In this document: one piece after another, positions 13,201 to 24,994 of the stretch | How positions within the stretch are numbered: position 1 is the first letter of the stretch | Layout: every line of letters starts with the position of its first letter | From: Blasia pusilla | Taxonomy: Eukaryota | Length of the DNA stretch: 64,000 nt | Assembly (NCBI GenBank): GCA_050084515.1 | Contig: CM114271.1 | Location: 48,422,001-48,486,000 of the forward strand | Direction of reading: 5' to 3' | Notes under the pieces: model-generated | What the model saw: only the letters and a program-made list of their open reading frames with translations | What the model was told of the DNA's origin: nothing | Database searches by the model: none | Position numbers and translations under genes: made by a program

Positions 13201-14543
13201 ATCTTCCTCACAAAAGGCATAACAAAAGGAAGGGGGCCTTCGATTTACGAGCTCTATGTCAAGGCGGCTGTGAGATCTGGTGATGAAAAACTCTATGTGG
13301 AAGCTTTCAATCGGTGAGTACCAGGTACTCCCCTTGAGCAAGATGTCCACATTGGTGGACACATTGGTGGGCCTTTTCAAGACGTCCCATACAGATGGTG
13401 GTAGAGCACTCCAAGAGAGACTCGTGGAGACCAGATAAGTATCTTGACTTCAGACAAGTGAAGAGGAAGCATTGAGGAACGAACCCGGTGATGGATTTGG
13501 ATGAAGAAGTTATGCCGCCCAGGTATTTGGAGACCCCGGATTGCTCACAAATCTGTCATGCAGTAGTTTCTCCAAAATCAGTGAATGTTTTATTTCAAAA
13601 GCCCTCCGTTGCTGGAAGTCTGCAACATCCGATCATTGGGGTGGTTCAACAATATGGGATTCCAGTCATTGAGGTGGATTGCAACCTCAAAAGGTGGCAT
13701 ATATCTTAGAGCAACCCTGGACGTAGACCCACTTGGAGGGCAGGATCTGATGGCATTAGGAGAGCATGGGGCACTTTCCTAAATAAGAATTATCCAAGGA
13801 CTGGACGACCACTGCTTGGATTTTGGAGGCTCAAAATCTTTGATCGTTTCATGAGGACCGGGGATCAATTGAAGTACTTCTTCTACACAAATGAATCCTG
13901 CGCTTTCCGAAAGTCTTATCCAGCTGCCATTGGAGCTCCAGGGAATACCCTGACGATTTGGCCCATTGCCGCAAGTACGAATTACACTTAGGACAAAGTG
14001 GACAATCTTACAAGTGTCGGTTTTAGACTTGTAGACGGAGGAAGTTCATAGCATGTTTGCATTATAGAGACCTTCGCATTTCGGATTCAACCCAAGATTG
14101 ATGTCAACATGTACTCAGAGAAGGTGGATGATCTCAATCCACTATTTTTGTTTGAGTCTAGAAATGGGGTGAAGAGAAACAGAATATGTAGGCCAACGGT
14201 GGAGAGAGCAAAGCGAATTGCATCAGCTTGAGAGGCAAACATGGAGATCATCGCCAAAAAATATGTCTAGAGTGGAAATTGAATAGGAAGGATGTATTGG
14301 GTCAGGAACAACATTGTAAATTCAAGTGTGACAGGGGTGTATGTGGTGCACATCTGTTGCTTTCCCACATGTTCCTATGATGACTTTGTCCAAAGAGAGA
14401 CAAGTGGGAAAAGGTATTTCCCTTGTAAGCACATGAACTATGTGTTGCTTGTAGTTTTAAGAGAGTCGGAGGTAGGAGTAGGAATCCACCAACCAATTTT
14501 GTCCCTCAAAGAAGTGCGAAGTATTTTAAACAAACCACTTTGA
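10258..14543 (+). pseudogene. Mutator-like DDE transposase with Cys/His-rich (GCM-like) N-terminal region and C-terminal SWIM zinc finger
   Basis: Candidate catalytic residues: VSFD (about 11530), FMADNA (about 11730), FHW (about 11790) and NTSGEESVH (about 13090, after an intron at about 12030-13040). SWIM-like CCFPTCSYDDF...FPCKHMNYVL (14350-14450). Multiple stops. Confidence 0.7.
12139..12985. repeat. Dense intronic array of the 27-bp palindrome (about 17 copies, irregular spacing)
   Basis: Copies at 12139, 12174, 12257, 12293, 12399 and onward, within the putative transposase intron. Confidence 0.88.
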
Positions 14544-15991
14544 CGATGCAAAATGAGGTCTTAGATTTTACTTTCATTTGCCAAAACCTTCACTTTGAGC
14601 TTGAACTCTTTTCAACCTAGGACAAATGATAGATTTTTTTCAGACCTTGGATGGAAAAAGTGTTTTGTTCCACATTTATTATTCCAATGATTTTTCAGTT
14701 TTTAAAATTTTGTGCAAATTGCAACCCGTCGGATTTTGACGGGTTTCCAAAATGTGGAAGAGGAAAAAAAATTGTGTGGGAGTGCCTAAGCACTGAGAAC
14801 AAAAGTGCAAAAATAATCACACAAAAAGTTTCCTCTCTTCAACCCAACGGAAACTCTCTTCAAAAAAAAGTTTCTCTTTGGGTTGAAGGTAGTTTCCTCT
14901 CTCCTCTCTTCCTCTCTTCCTCTCCTCTTACCGGTCCTCAGTTCTTCTTACAAAGCTTCTTGCCGAAGCTAGAATCACTATCGCACTTGGGCCTAGCGAT
15001 CTGCTTACTTTGTTGGGTCATCAGCTTCATCAAGTCCATCATATGGACATAAAGTGTCGAGTCACTTCAGTTTGGAGCCAAAGGCCCTGTAGAAGGATTT
15101 TGTCGTACGCATACACATCGCTACACAACATACATTGTTCTCACCGAACACACACACAAACATGCACGATCCTAAAGTAAGATCCAATCTCTCTCTACAC
15201 CATCTCACACCATAGCTCTCAAAGGTGTGCACTCTCTCTCTTTCATGTCAAACCAAACCCACTCTCCTAATGAGAGGCTTGGGTTACACTCACAAGGCAA
15301 GGGACCATAACTCCAACGCCTCATGCCAAGAGGTTCAACAAAGACAGAATGAGCTCTCAAGCTCTCTCTCTTTGAGGAATACCCCTCCCCTCTCCCAAGC
15401 TCTCTCCATGGTAACCTATTCTCCCAAGTCACCTCCTTGACTCTTGACCTGATGTAGGAGGTCAAGGGCCACTTACCAAAAATAGAAAGTCGATCATATA
15501 CTCAAAATGGTACTTACCTAAAATAGGAAGTTCCTCAATATGGCTCCAAATGAGCCGAAATGAAGGGGAAACCTACCCGTGGCCTCAGCAGGTCATCCTT
15601 AACCTATTGAGCCTGTCCTCCACTACTCACGAAGGCGCTCTACTAGATCTCACCGATTTATCATAAAAGACGTGACAATTGTCGTGCGCATACATATCAC
15701 TACACAACATACATCGCTGTCACCGAACACACACACAAACACACACGATCCCATGCTAACTCAAGGCATCCAAACAACGAGACAAGAAGTACTAAAATAT
15801 CTCCAATCGCCCCCCTACCTGGTGGTTAGGTCCCTCTAACTCCAGATAGTCATCTATCCCTACCTACCATGACATACATCTCTAGGACGCTAAGAGGAGA
15901 AAGGCCGGGTGCTCATGTGGCCCCATCATTAGTCGCCTTCCTGTCATCCATGTCACAAAAAAAGTCAGAATTGAAACCTACCTAGTATCTC

Positions 15992-16145
15992 CTCTATGTA
16001 CATCTGGGACACATCCATTGTCCCCGAGGAACCCTAGTAAGAGGTGGCGTCAGACATGCCATATGCCAACCTCTCGAACATCAATCATAGACTAGCATCG
16101 TGGCCGCACCACAGGCAGAACCACACAACATACAACGCAAGCGTG
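15992..16145 (-). pseudogene. PHD finger at the integrase C-terminus
   Basis: RCMLCGSACGAATMLVYD*CSRGWHMACLTPPLTRVPRGQWMCPRC fits the C4HC3 pattern, with one Cys mutated and a stop. Confidence 0.9.
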
Positions 16146-19060
16146 CAGGAACTACTACTAAGCTTGGATCTACTCTACCATCAATATTAGGAAGGTGACA
16201 TGGCGCACAATTACGCACAAGGTCCTTCCATACCATACCACCGCGTCCCTCCACCAAGAGAACAACAGATGGCAAACCGTCACGCACTCTCAGGATAGTG
16301 CGCCCTACAGTCACATCCAATATTTTCGGTGTCGTCTGCTGCAAGTAGATATAATATCCTTGATGAAACCTCTGGATAGTTGGTCGATAACCACCACCCT
16401 GAATAGTCGCATACCTCAACGTATTTTGATGTTGTGCAATCGCCAAGTTCTCAAACGCCATGGGCATCACTCTCTGAAACAACTTAGCCCTCTGAGAACA
16501 TGCTCGCATCCATATATCTAGGTCATCAAGATCCAGCACCTCACCAGCATCTCGACAAATGGCCACAGGTAAATCTGGCTCTCGGCCATAAAGTAGCAAG
16601 TACGGTGAAAAAGATTCTAAGGATGCCTGCCTGCTGAATCTGTATCCCTTTGCCAACCAGGGCAACTAGAGGTCTCAATCTCCTAGGTGACCTCTCTGCA
16701 AGCCATACTTACGTAAACCCCTCTTCACCGTCTGCACAACTCTCTCCGCTAATCCATCCGTCTCGGGATGATCTTGCGAAGTCGTGTGGTCGTCGATCAG
16801 CGCCTGATCACCCAAGGCTTGGAACTCACCATGAAACTCGGTACCCTCGTCTGTCAACACCTAAGTCGGTGCGCAATAATGACTCACCACTCTGTCAAGG
16901 AAGGCATAAGCTACTCCCTCAATCGCTTTGTCAAGCAATGTAACCAACTCGATCCACTTCCAGAAGTGCTCGACCATCACCAACACATAACGACTATGAC
17001 GCTCCGTCAAAGGCAAAGGTCCTACAAAATCCAAACTCCATCTATACCCTAAGCCCATGATCGGTAATGGATGCAATTGTGGAGTCAGAGCATTGAACGA
17101 TGCTCGAACCCGATCACACACCACGCACCTGGCAACAAACTGTTGAACGTCAGTCTGCATACCTCGCCACAATACTGAATCTGGAGCAAGTTGTACGTCC
17201 GCTTTATCCCAAAGTGACCCAACTCCTCGTGGGAATGTTGCAGTAGTCATGCTCTCTGCAAAGGATGCGGCACTATACATACTCTACCATCCTCCCAAAC
17301 CCTCAAAACATGTGTCTCCTCCCAACGGAACCGTCTGGCCCGCTATAGGATCCGATCCTGCTCTCTAGCACCCACGGTGCTCGCAACGCTGCCAATACAA
17401 AGGTACTCCAAGACTACTCCATCATCATGAATATCTCGGCCACTTGTGGTCTCCTCACTCACCTCAGGATCCAAGGACTCTCCACTAGACCTCGCCATCA
17501 AAGTCTCCACACTGTGGCTCTCCATAGCCAACATGCATATATAGGCTGACGCGTGCCATCCTGGCACTAACTCCTCATCACTTTCTCCATGCCATCGAGC
17601 TCCAGTCACATCTCTCTAACTCAAGCATGGGTTACGACTTAACCCATCTGCATCTTGGTTGAGCGTCCCAGGTCTATGTACCACCTGAAAATCATACTCC
17701 TGCTACAACAGAGCCCATCTCTCTCGAAGTCTCTCTCTCCCTCGCAAGCTTCCCTGTAAGCTTGTCAGACTCCATCAACCACTTCAATGGTTGATGATCA
17801 GTGATGATGGTAAAGGGGTTGCCGAATAAGTAACACCTGAAATGCGCGACAGCCCACACTGCAGCCAAGCACTCACCCTCATACGAGCTGAACTTTGCCT
17901 CTGTAGCGTTGTTCGAGCGGGTAGCATAAGCCACCACGAACTCTCTACCCTAATCATCATGTTGGGTGAGCACTGCTCCAAGCCCCAACATGCTCCAATC
18001 TGTGTGCAACGGGAAAGGACGCCCCCTGATCCGTCTCCTCAAGATGGGCGCGGACGTCAACATGTCCTTGAGCAACTGAAATCCTCGCTCCTGCTCATCC
18101 TCCTAGTGCCACTCGTGATCCACCTTGGTCAGCAAGGTTAGCGGCTTTGCAATCGAACTGAATCCCTTGACGTATCGCCGATAGAAGTTCGCCAATCCAT
18201 GAATGCATGAACACGGCTCACATCCGTAGGAGGTGGAATGCATGAGATAGCCTCTACCTTCGTCTACTGAACACCAAGGCCCCCTAGGTATATCGTATGA
18301 CCCAAGTACTCAATCTAGTCGTAGAAGAACTTGCACTTGCCTGGATGTAGCTTCAGCCCATTCAATTACAATCGTCGAAACATCTCCTCTAGATGTCGCT
18401 CATGCTCGTCAACCGTGGCGCTAAAGACTACAATGTCATCAATATAACACCTAGCAAAATCAAGACCAGCCAATATCCTATCCATGACCCTCTAAAACTC
18501 AGTCGGAGCGTTCTTTAACCCAAATGGTAAGAACCGCCACTAGTACAAACAATCCTTCCCGTGAGGATCGATGCTCCAAAATGCCGTCTTTTTCCTGTCC
18601 TCCAATCTAATAGGCCGGTGATGGTATCTGGCTCGCAAATCCAATGAACTAAAGATCTTTGCGTGACCAATCGCATCAAAGATCTCCTCAGGGGTGGGCA
18701 TGGCATACCTATTGGACTTCGTCTGCCGATTGATAAGTCGGTAATCCCCACACATCCGCCTATCTATACAGTTTCCATGCACATCCTTCGTGGCAAGCAT
18801 GACAATGGCAGATGCATACTCCCCATGCGACATCTGCACTAGTCTTGCTCCGACCAAGTCCTAGCTCCTACTCTGAATCAGAGCCCTCTCCATATCACTA
18901 TACCTCTAGGGTCGTCGGAAGATCGGTGTATCACTCGACAACTCAATGCGGATCCTCGGTCCCTTCAACGTACCCAAATCCTTCATGTTGAACGCAAAGC
19001 AGCTCCTATATCTCTTGAGGAATTGATGTATCCGGCGCCGCTCTCCTCCTATCAACTTAG
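16146..19060 (-). pseudogene. RT - RNase H - integrase (Gypsy order), disrupted
   Basis: RRMCGDYR...KIFSSLDLR...YIDD; VAYATRSNN...YEGECLAAVWAV...TDHQPL; HGHFG/CxxC zinc-binding region; WSLDFVGPLP; LTDEGTEF; HPETDGLAER. Confidence 0.95.
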
Positions 19061-19399
19061 GGCCCATATTTGGCTCCCAAGTCTCCATCGTGACTACAGT
19101 AGGACTCTCCGGCGCGGGTATCGGTGGTTGCTATGGTGCAACCCCGTCTCGAACAACAGCACTCGGCCGCTCTCTTGTAGCCAACTGCAAACTCTGATCT
19201 CCTCCACATGCAGTGCCCAAAACCATGCTCGATATTGTGGCTTTCATCTCCTAGCGTACCTGCAAAACATCCCAAGAAGTCCAAGGGTGTCTCTCCCAAT
19301 CTCCCCTGGTGTGTAGGTCTCCTCGATTCTCGCCCCTAGCCACTACCTCCACCGTCTTGATAGGCATGGGGCTCACCAACGCAATCGTTGTGATCTGTC

Positions 19400-20350
19400 G
19401 CGATCTCATACGACGTTGCTCAGCCACTCCCAAGTTGAGGATCCATGTCAAGCAATTTAGGTCCATCGCTTGACCCAAGACATGGCGTCGTGATCCCTGT
19501 GACACTAACGGTACTGCCGTCACTCCAGTGGGAAATCCCATCGCTCGCTCTCTCGGCGTTGGGCTCCACCAACCGCTGAACCTGGTCATCCCAAACCAAG
19601 CCAAGACCGGCCTCCTTGTATGCATAGGAAGCAGGAAAACTCACAAACGTGGGAAAGCCTGCCCGCGGCCTGCCTACCCTCTTGACCACAGTCAATAGTG
19701 GTTGATCATTGTGCCTCACTGCCTGTGAGCGACAACCTGGATACAGAATGGAATCCACTAACAAATGGGAGGGGCGCTCCACTCTTGCATACGCCCTCCG
19801 TAACACCGCATGGGGCACCAAGTTGGTCCACCATAGACGCGGGCGATGGGCTCTAGAACCTACACTCGTAGTATCCAAGAACACTATTGGGCCGATCCAG
19901 GCACGGACTTGATGAGCACTCATCACCACCTATGACCTGGAGTCTCCTAAGATCGGCACATTCTCCAAAATGTAGGCTGGAGAACAAGACTGGTGCTCCT
20001 ACAACTGCCGTAAGACCCTCAACATCTCCCAAAACAACCTGGATCGAGTATCAGCCAACCCGATGCCTCGTCTAGCATTCGATTGGCCCTGACATGGCCA
20101 ACCGGAAATGACCAAATCAATGGTCCCTACCCGCTCTAAGTCTCTGGTACCCCTGTACCATGGACGTAGACAATAAGTCGGGAAAACATAGGCATAATTA
20201 TGCCACATGTCGTAGTGAGACGCGCCTCGCAACATCATCACTCTCCACATACATGTACTCTTGCACTCGCACTCCTGCCTACAAAACAGCAGCTAACCCG
20301 ATGCTAATCCCTCCAAAGAGATCTAACATTCAAATATCCTCCTTCGGGGT
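19400..20350 (-). pseudogene. C5 cytosine DNA methyltransferase domain (DNMT3-like), copy 1
   Basis: LDLFGGISIG (motif I), IDLVISGWPCQGQS (IV), YILENV (VI), GSRAHRPRLWWTN (VIII), ERAMGFPTGVT (IX), RRHVLGQAMD (X). Confidence 0.92.
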
Positions 20351-20497
20351 ACACCACACAATGGGTGTGGTATCCAAGGGTGTCATCAAAGCACTCTCTG
20401 CTACCTCGGGTTCCTCAGACCCATCACCCTCCGATGCAAACGCCTCGCTCCACGCGATCTGCATGTGCTCATCTGCCAATCGTCAAAGCTCCTCAAC

Positions 20498-21150
20498 CGC
20501 TCATGCTCCTCAACCGTGGTGCTAAAGACTACGATGTTATCAATATAACACCTAGCAAAATCCAGACCAGCCAAGATCTTATCCATGACCCTCTGAAACT
20601 CAGCCGGGGCATTCTTTAACCAAAATGTTAAGAAACGTCACTAGTACAAACAATCCTTCCCGTGAGGATCGATGCCCCAAAATGCCGTCTTCCGCTTGTC
20701 CTCCAATCTGATGGGCAACTAATGGTATGTGGCTCGCAAATCCAATGAACTGAAAACCTTTGCATGACCAATCACATCAAAGATCTTCTCAAGGGTGGGC
20801 ATCGCATACCTATCGGACTTTGTCTGCCAATTGATAGGTTGGTAATCCCCATACATTTGCCTATCCGTCCAGTTGGCATGCACATCTTTCTTGGCGGGCA
20901 TGACAGTGGCAGGTGCATACTCCCCATGCGACATCTCCACTAGTCCTGCTCCAACCAAGTCCTGGCTCCTACTCCAAATCAGATCCCTCTCCATATCACT
21001 ATACCTATAGGATCATCGGAAGATTGGCGTATCACTCGACAACTCAATGCGGATCCTCGGTCCCTTTAGCGTACCTAAATCCTCCATGCTAAACGCAAAG
21101 CAACTCCTTTAACTCTTGAGGAACTGATGTATTCGGCGCCACTCTCCTCT
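20498..21150 (-). pseudogene. Duplicated N-terminal half of RT
   Basis: Parallels 18410-19060 (EMSHGEYA...KVFSSLDLR...RCYIDNIVVFS) and ends at the duplication junction, about 20497. Confidence 0.9.
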
Positions 21151-21499
21151 TGTCAACTTAGGGCCCATATCTAGCTCCCAAGTCTCCATCGTGACTACGG
21201 TAGAACTCTCCGGTGCGGATATCGATGGCTGCTATGATGCAACCCTGTCTCGAACAACAACACTCGACTGCTCTCTTGCAGCCAACTGCAAACTCTGATC
21301 TCCTCCACATGCAGTGCCCGGAACCACGCTCGATGTTGTGGCTATCATCTCCTGGTGTACCTGCAAAACATCCCAAGAAGTCCAAGGGTGTCTCTCTCGA
21401 TCTCCTCGGGTCTCGCCCCCAACTAGTGCCTCCACCATCTCGATAGGCATGGGGCTCACCAACGCAACTGTTGTGATCTCTCGCGATCTCATCCAACGG

Positions 21500-23750
21500 T
21501 GCTCAACCACTCCCAAGCTGAAGATCCATGTCAAGCAGTTCACGTCCATTGCCTGACCCAAGACATGGCGTCATGGTGCCTCTGATACTGACGGTACTGC
21601 CGTCACTCCTATGGGAAATCCATCGCCCGCTCTCTCTCGTCGGCGTTGGGCTCCATCAATCTCTGAACCTGATCATCCCAAACCAAGCAAGGACAAGCCT
21701 CCTTGTATGCATAGGAAGCAGGAAAACTCACAAACGTGGGAAAGCCTGCCCGCGGCCTGCCTACCCTGTTGACCACAGTCAACGGTGGTTGGTCATCGTG
21801 CCTCACTGCTTGTGAGCGACAACCAGGATCCAGAATGGAATCCACTAACAAATGGGAGGGGCGCTCCACTCTTGCATACGCCCTCCGTAACACCGCATGG
21901 GACACCAAGTTGGTCCACCATAGATGCGGGCGATGGCCTCTAGAACCTACACTTGCCGCATCCAAGAACACTGTTGGGCTGATCCAGGCACGCACTTGAT
22001 GAGCACTCGTCACCACCTGTGACTTGGAGTCTCCTAAGATTGGCACATTCTCCAGAATGTAGGCTGGAGAACGAGACTGGTGCTCCTGCAACTCCCGTAA
22101 GACCCTTAACATCTCCCAAAACAACCTGGACTGAGTGTCAGCCAACCCGCTGCCGCGTCCAGCACTCGATTGGCCCTGACATGGCCAACCGGAAATGACC
22201 AAATCAATGGTGCGTAACCGGTCTAAGTCATGCACCCCCAGCAACGAAATATCCCTCGGTGTCGTGTCGAGAATCTTTCTTCGAGCAAGGGCGGGCCTTC
22301 TAGCTGCGGTAGATGTGGTCGATGCAAGATGAACTCTCTAATAAGTTCTCCTTTTTCAATACAAAATTATGATGTACACTCTCCATTCTCTCACGACAGG
22401 TATCACAAATGGAAGTGCCGAGGCGATCACTTCTTCGTAACATCGGATCCCGAAATTCCTAACTATAAAATCCCTATAAACTATTTTACGTTTGTACACG
22501 AGGAAGATAGCACAACTAGTGTTAAACCCTACTTGACCAGGCCTATTGACATCCATGGATCACTATATAAGGACATACAAAGTACAATCCCATGTCCTTC
22601 CATATGTGACGATAGGAAGAATCACCGGAGTTGGAGATTGCATGACTGGTTCATGAACGCCTCCCAAAGTGATAAACTAAATAGCGAGTGAACCAAAGGT
22701 GCCTATCTACAAAGAGTACCTTGACATGGTAAGGATTGAGGAAAGGAAAGTCGCAGCACGGCTCGTGCTCCATCCCTATCCATGCTTGATGACATTCTCT
22801 ACTCTCCTCAAGAATGGGTTTTGGCGGAGTTATTCTCCCAAGAGGGGTAATCCACTCATTGGGAAAGTAACAAGCCAAAACATCCGCTATTTTAGTATGG
22901 CTAAACTCCTCTCGGTGACAAACCTCTCATCCCCCCACACACACACACCACACTCTAGAAACCTCTCGAAGAATAGACCATGATCAAGTTACTCTCCCAA
23001 GAGGGGTGATCCACTCTTATTGGAAGAGCAAGCAATCCCAAAGCCATACACTCAAGAGAGACACGAGAGACTCAAGATGTGGAATACAAGGTGATGAACC
23101 CTTGAAGGTCCCTCCTCTTTATATACTCACAAGGGATCCACAAGAGTACGAAATAGAGCTTATCTTATCTTGTGCCACATGGCTTCCTCTCAAGGCTTAG
23201 CCAATCACATTTTGACACAAGTAGATTTCCTCTTATCTCTTCCAAAATATCCTCTTTTACCCACATGATATTTTCCAAATTACCCCAACTAACCTAGCCA
23301 CCAACCAAGACTACTTTTGCTTTTCATTAAAGCAACTACTTTACTTTTATAAAGTCATCTTTTATTTATTACCTCCTTTTCCTAAAGTTAGGCCCGCATT
23401 AAAGAGGCACCATAAAGAGGTTTAAACATAAGAATCTCCTTTTTCTAAGCCAATTTACTTAATACTAATGAAACTCTATCTAACACTTAATGACGAAGGA
23501 GTTTACACACTGGTTGATTTTACTATACGACATCGGTAGGGAACTCTGGTAGCCCTGTACTGCACACATAGACAATAAGTCGGGAAAACGTAGGCGTTAT
23601 TGTGCCACATGTTGTAGTGAGATGTGCCTTGCAACATCATCACTCTCCACATATAGGTACTGCTGCACTTGCACTTCTGCCTACAAAACATCAACTTACC
23701 CGGTGCTAATCCCTCCAAAGAGATGTAACACTCGAATACCCTCCTCCGGG
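21500..23750 (-). pseudogene. C5 cytosine DNA methyltransferase domain (DNMT3-like), copy 2, split by a solo LTR
   Basis: Motif I region at about 23700-23740. IDLVISGWPCQGQSSAG...PAYILENVP...HRPHLWWTN...ERERAMDFP in ORF 21609-22244. Confidence 0.92.
22260..23532 (-). mobile_element. Solo LTR, family A, inserted in the DNMT domain
   Basis: Reverse complement of 1162-2430, with TG...CA ends and 4-bp TSD tcgg. The empty site is visible in the sister copy at about 63695-63722. Confidence 0.93.
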
Positions 23751-23943
23751 GTACACCACACAATGGGTGTGGTATCCAAGGGATTCTCTCTTTGTAAAGT
23801 AAGATCCAATCTCTCTCTACAACATCTCACACCATAGCTCTCAAAGATGTGCACTCTCTCTCATATCAAACCAAACCCACTCTCCTAATGGGTTACACTC
23901 ACAAGGCAAGGGACCATAGCTCTTCCGCCTCATGCCAAGAGGT

Positions 23944-24700
23944 TCAAGGGTGTTTCGTAGCACTCCATGCTACATCGGGTTCCTCAGACCCGTCATGCTC
24001 CGGTGCAAATGCCTCGCTCCACGGGGTTTGCACGTGCTCATCTACCAATCGTCGAAGCTCCTCAGTCGAGCCCCACAGCGGCACCTCTCCTCCACGGAAT
24101 GATGCGGCTACCATAACACTCCTCTCCATAGAAATGTCAAGAACGGGAGTATCCTTTGCATGGACATGTCTCTCAATCAAATCACTGGGCCAAGTGATGG
24201 CACTACTAAATGCTGCTAAGGTCGCCATCTCTCCTGGCCATTGCTCGATCATTGCACTTGTGAATCGAACGGGTAATGAGCTAAGGCGCCCATCACCTGA
24301 CTGCCATCCTAGTCGGTAGGATGCTGACTCCTCCCAGTAATCCACTGAAAACCCCATCGAGTATAACATTGCTCCATCAACCAAGATGTCGTAGGACTCT
24401 GCATCAGTCACCATCGCCTTGGCTCGCACCACGGACTCATCTATAGGATGTCCCCGGAAAATCCTCACCACGTCCTCTTGTCGGGTGATATACTGTGTGG
24501 TACTCACTCCACCCAAGGATGTCTGTATCCGGAATGGACAACGCTCCATATTGGCTCTCGTCAAGCCAAATCCTCTAAATGACGCTTTTCCCAACATCAG
24601 GGGTTGCGCTCCTGAATCCAACAAGACGCGTTGTGGACTAAAAGCTCTACCTCCGAGACTTACCAACTAGAAGACTGCTCCTTGGTTATCTAGCAACATA
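23944..24700 (-). pseudogene. Aspartic protease and linker of family B
   Basis: RVLLDSGAQPLMLG...YDILVDGAML. Confidence 0.88.
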
Positions 24701-24994
24701 ACACCAGGAGAAGCCATGGCACGCTCTATCGCGAGTCTAGCGGGCATCTCCGCCATCCTAGTAGCCGCAACTTGCCATGAATCTGACGTGGACGACCCGA
24801 GCATCCGCTCTAAGGGCAAGTCTATCACCTCTGAATGTGATGCAGGAACTCCAACTCCACTCTCATACTGTAGCGGCCAGCCGCAAAGCCTCGTTGGGCG
24901 TACCCCCCAACGTCATAACATCGGAAGCAGAAAATAAAGGAGCGCGGTACACAATGGTGGCCGCCCCCAACAACGTGCTCGACACATGCCCCTC

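Larger units (their letters stand above)
2431..15100. mobile_element. Large Mutator-like (MULE) DNA transposon remnant with two divergent genes and dispersed palindromes; termini not visible
   Basis: DDE+SWIM transposase on +, accessory gene on -. The same 27-bp palindrome recurs from about 2465 to 14747. Both sides abut retrotransposon insertions. Confidence 0.65.

Noticed and set aside
15094-15100. Same flank aggattt beside family B ends at 2994 and 15101, suggesting a target site
   Set aside because: The third copy (58889) has a different flank, and two cases are insufficient.
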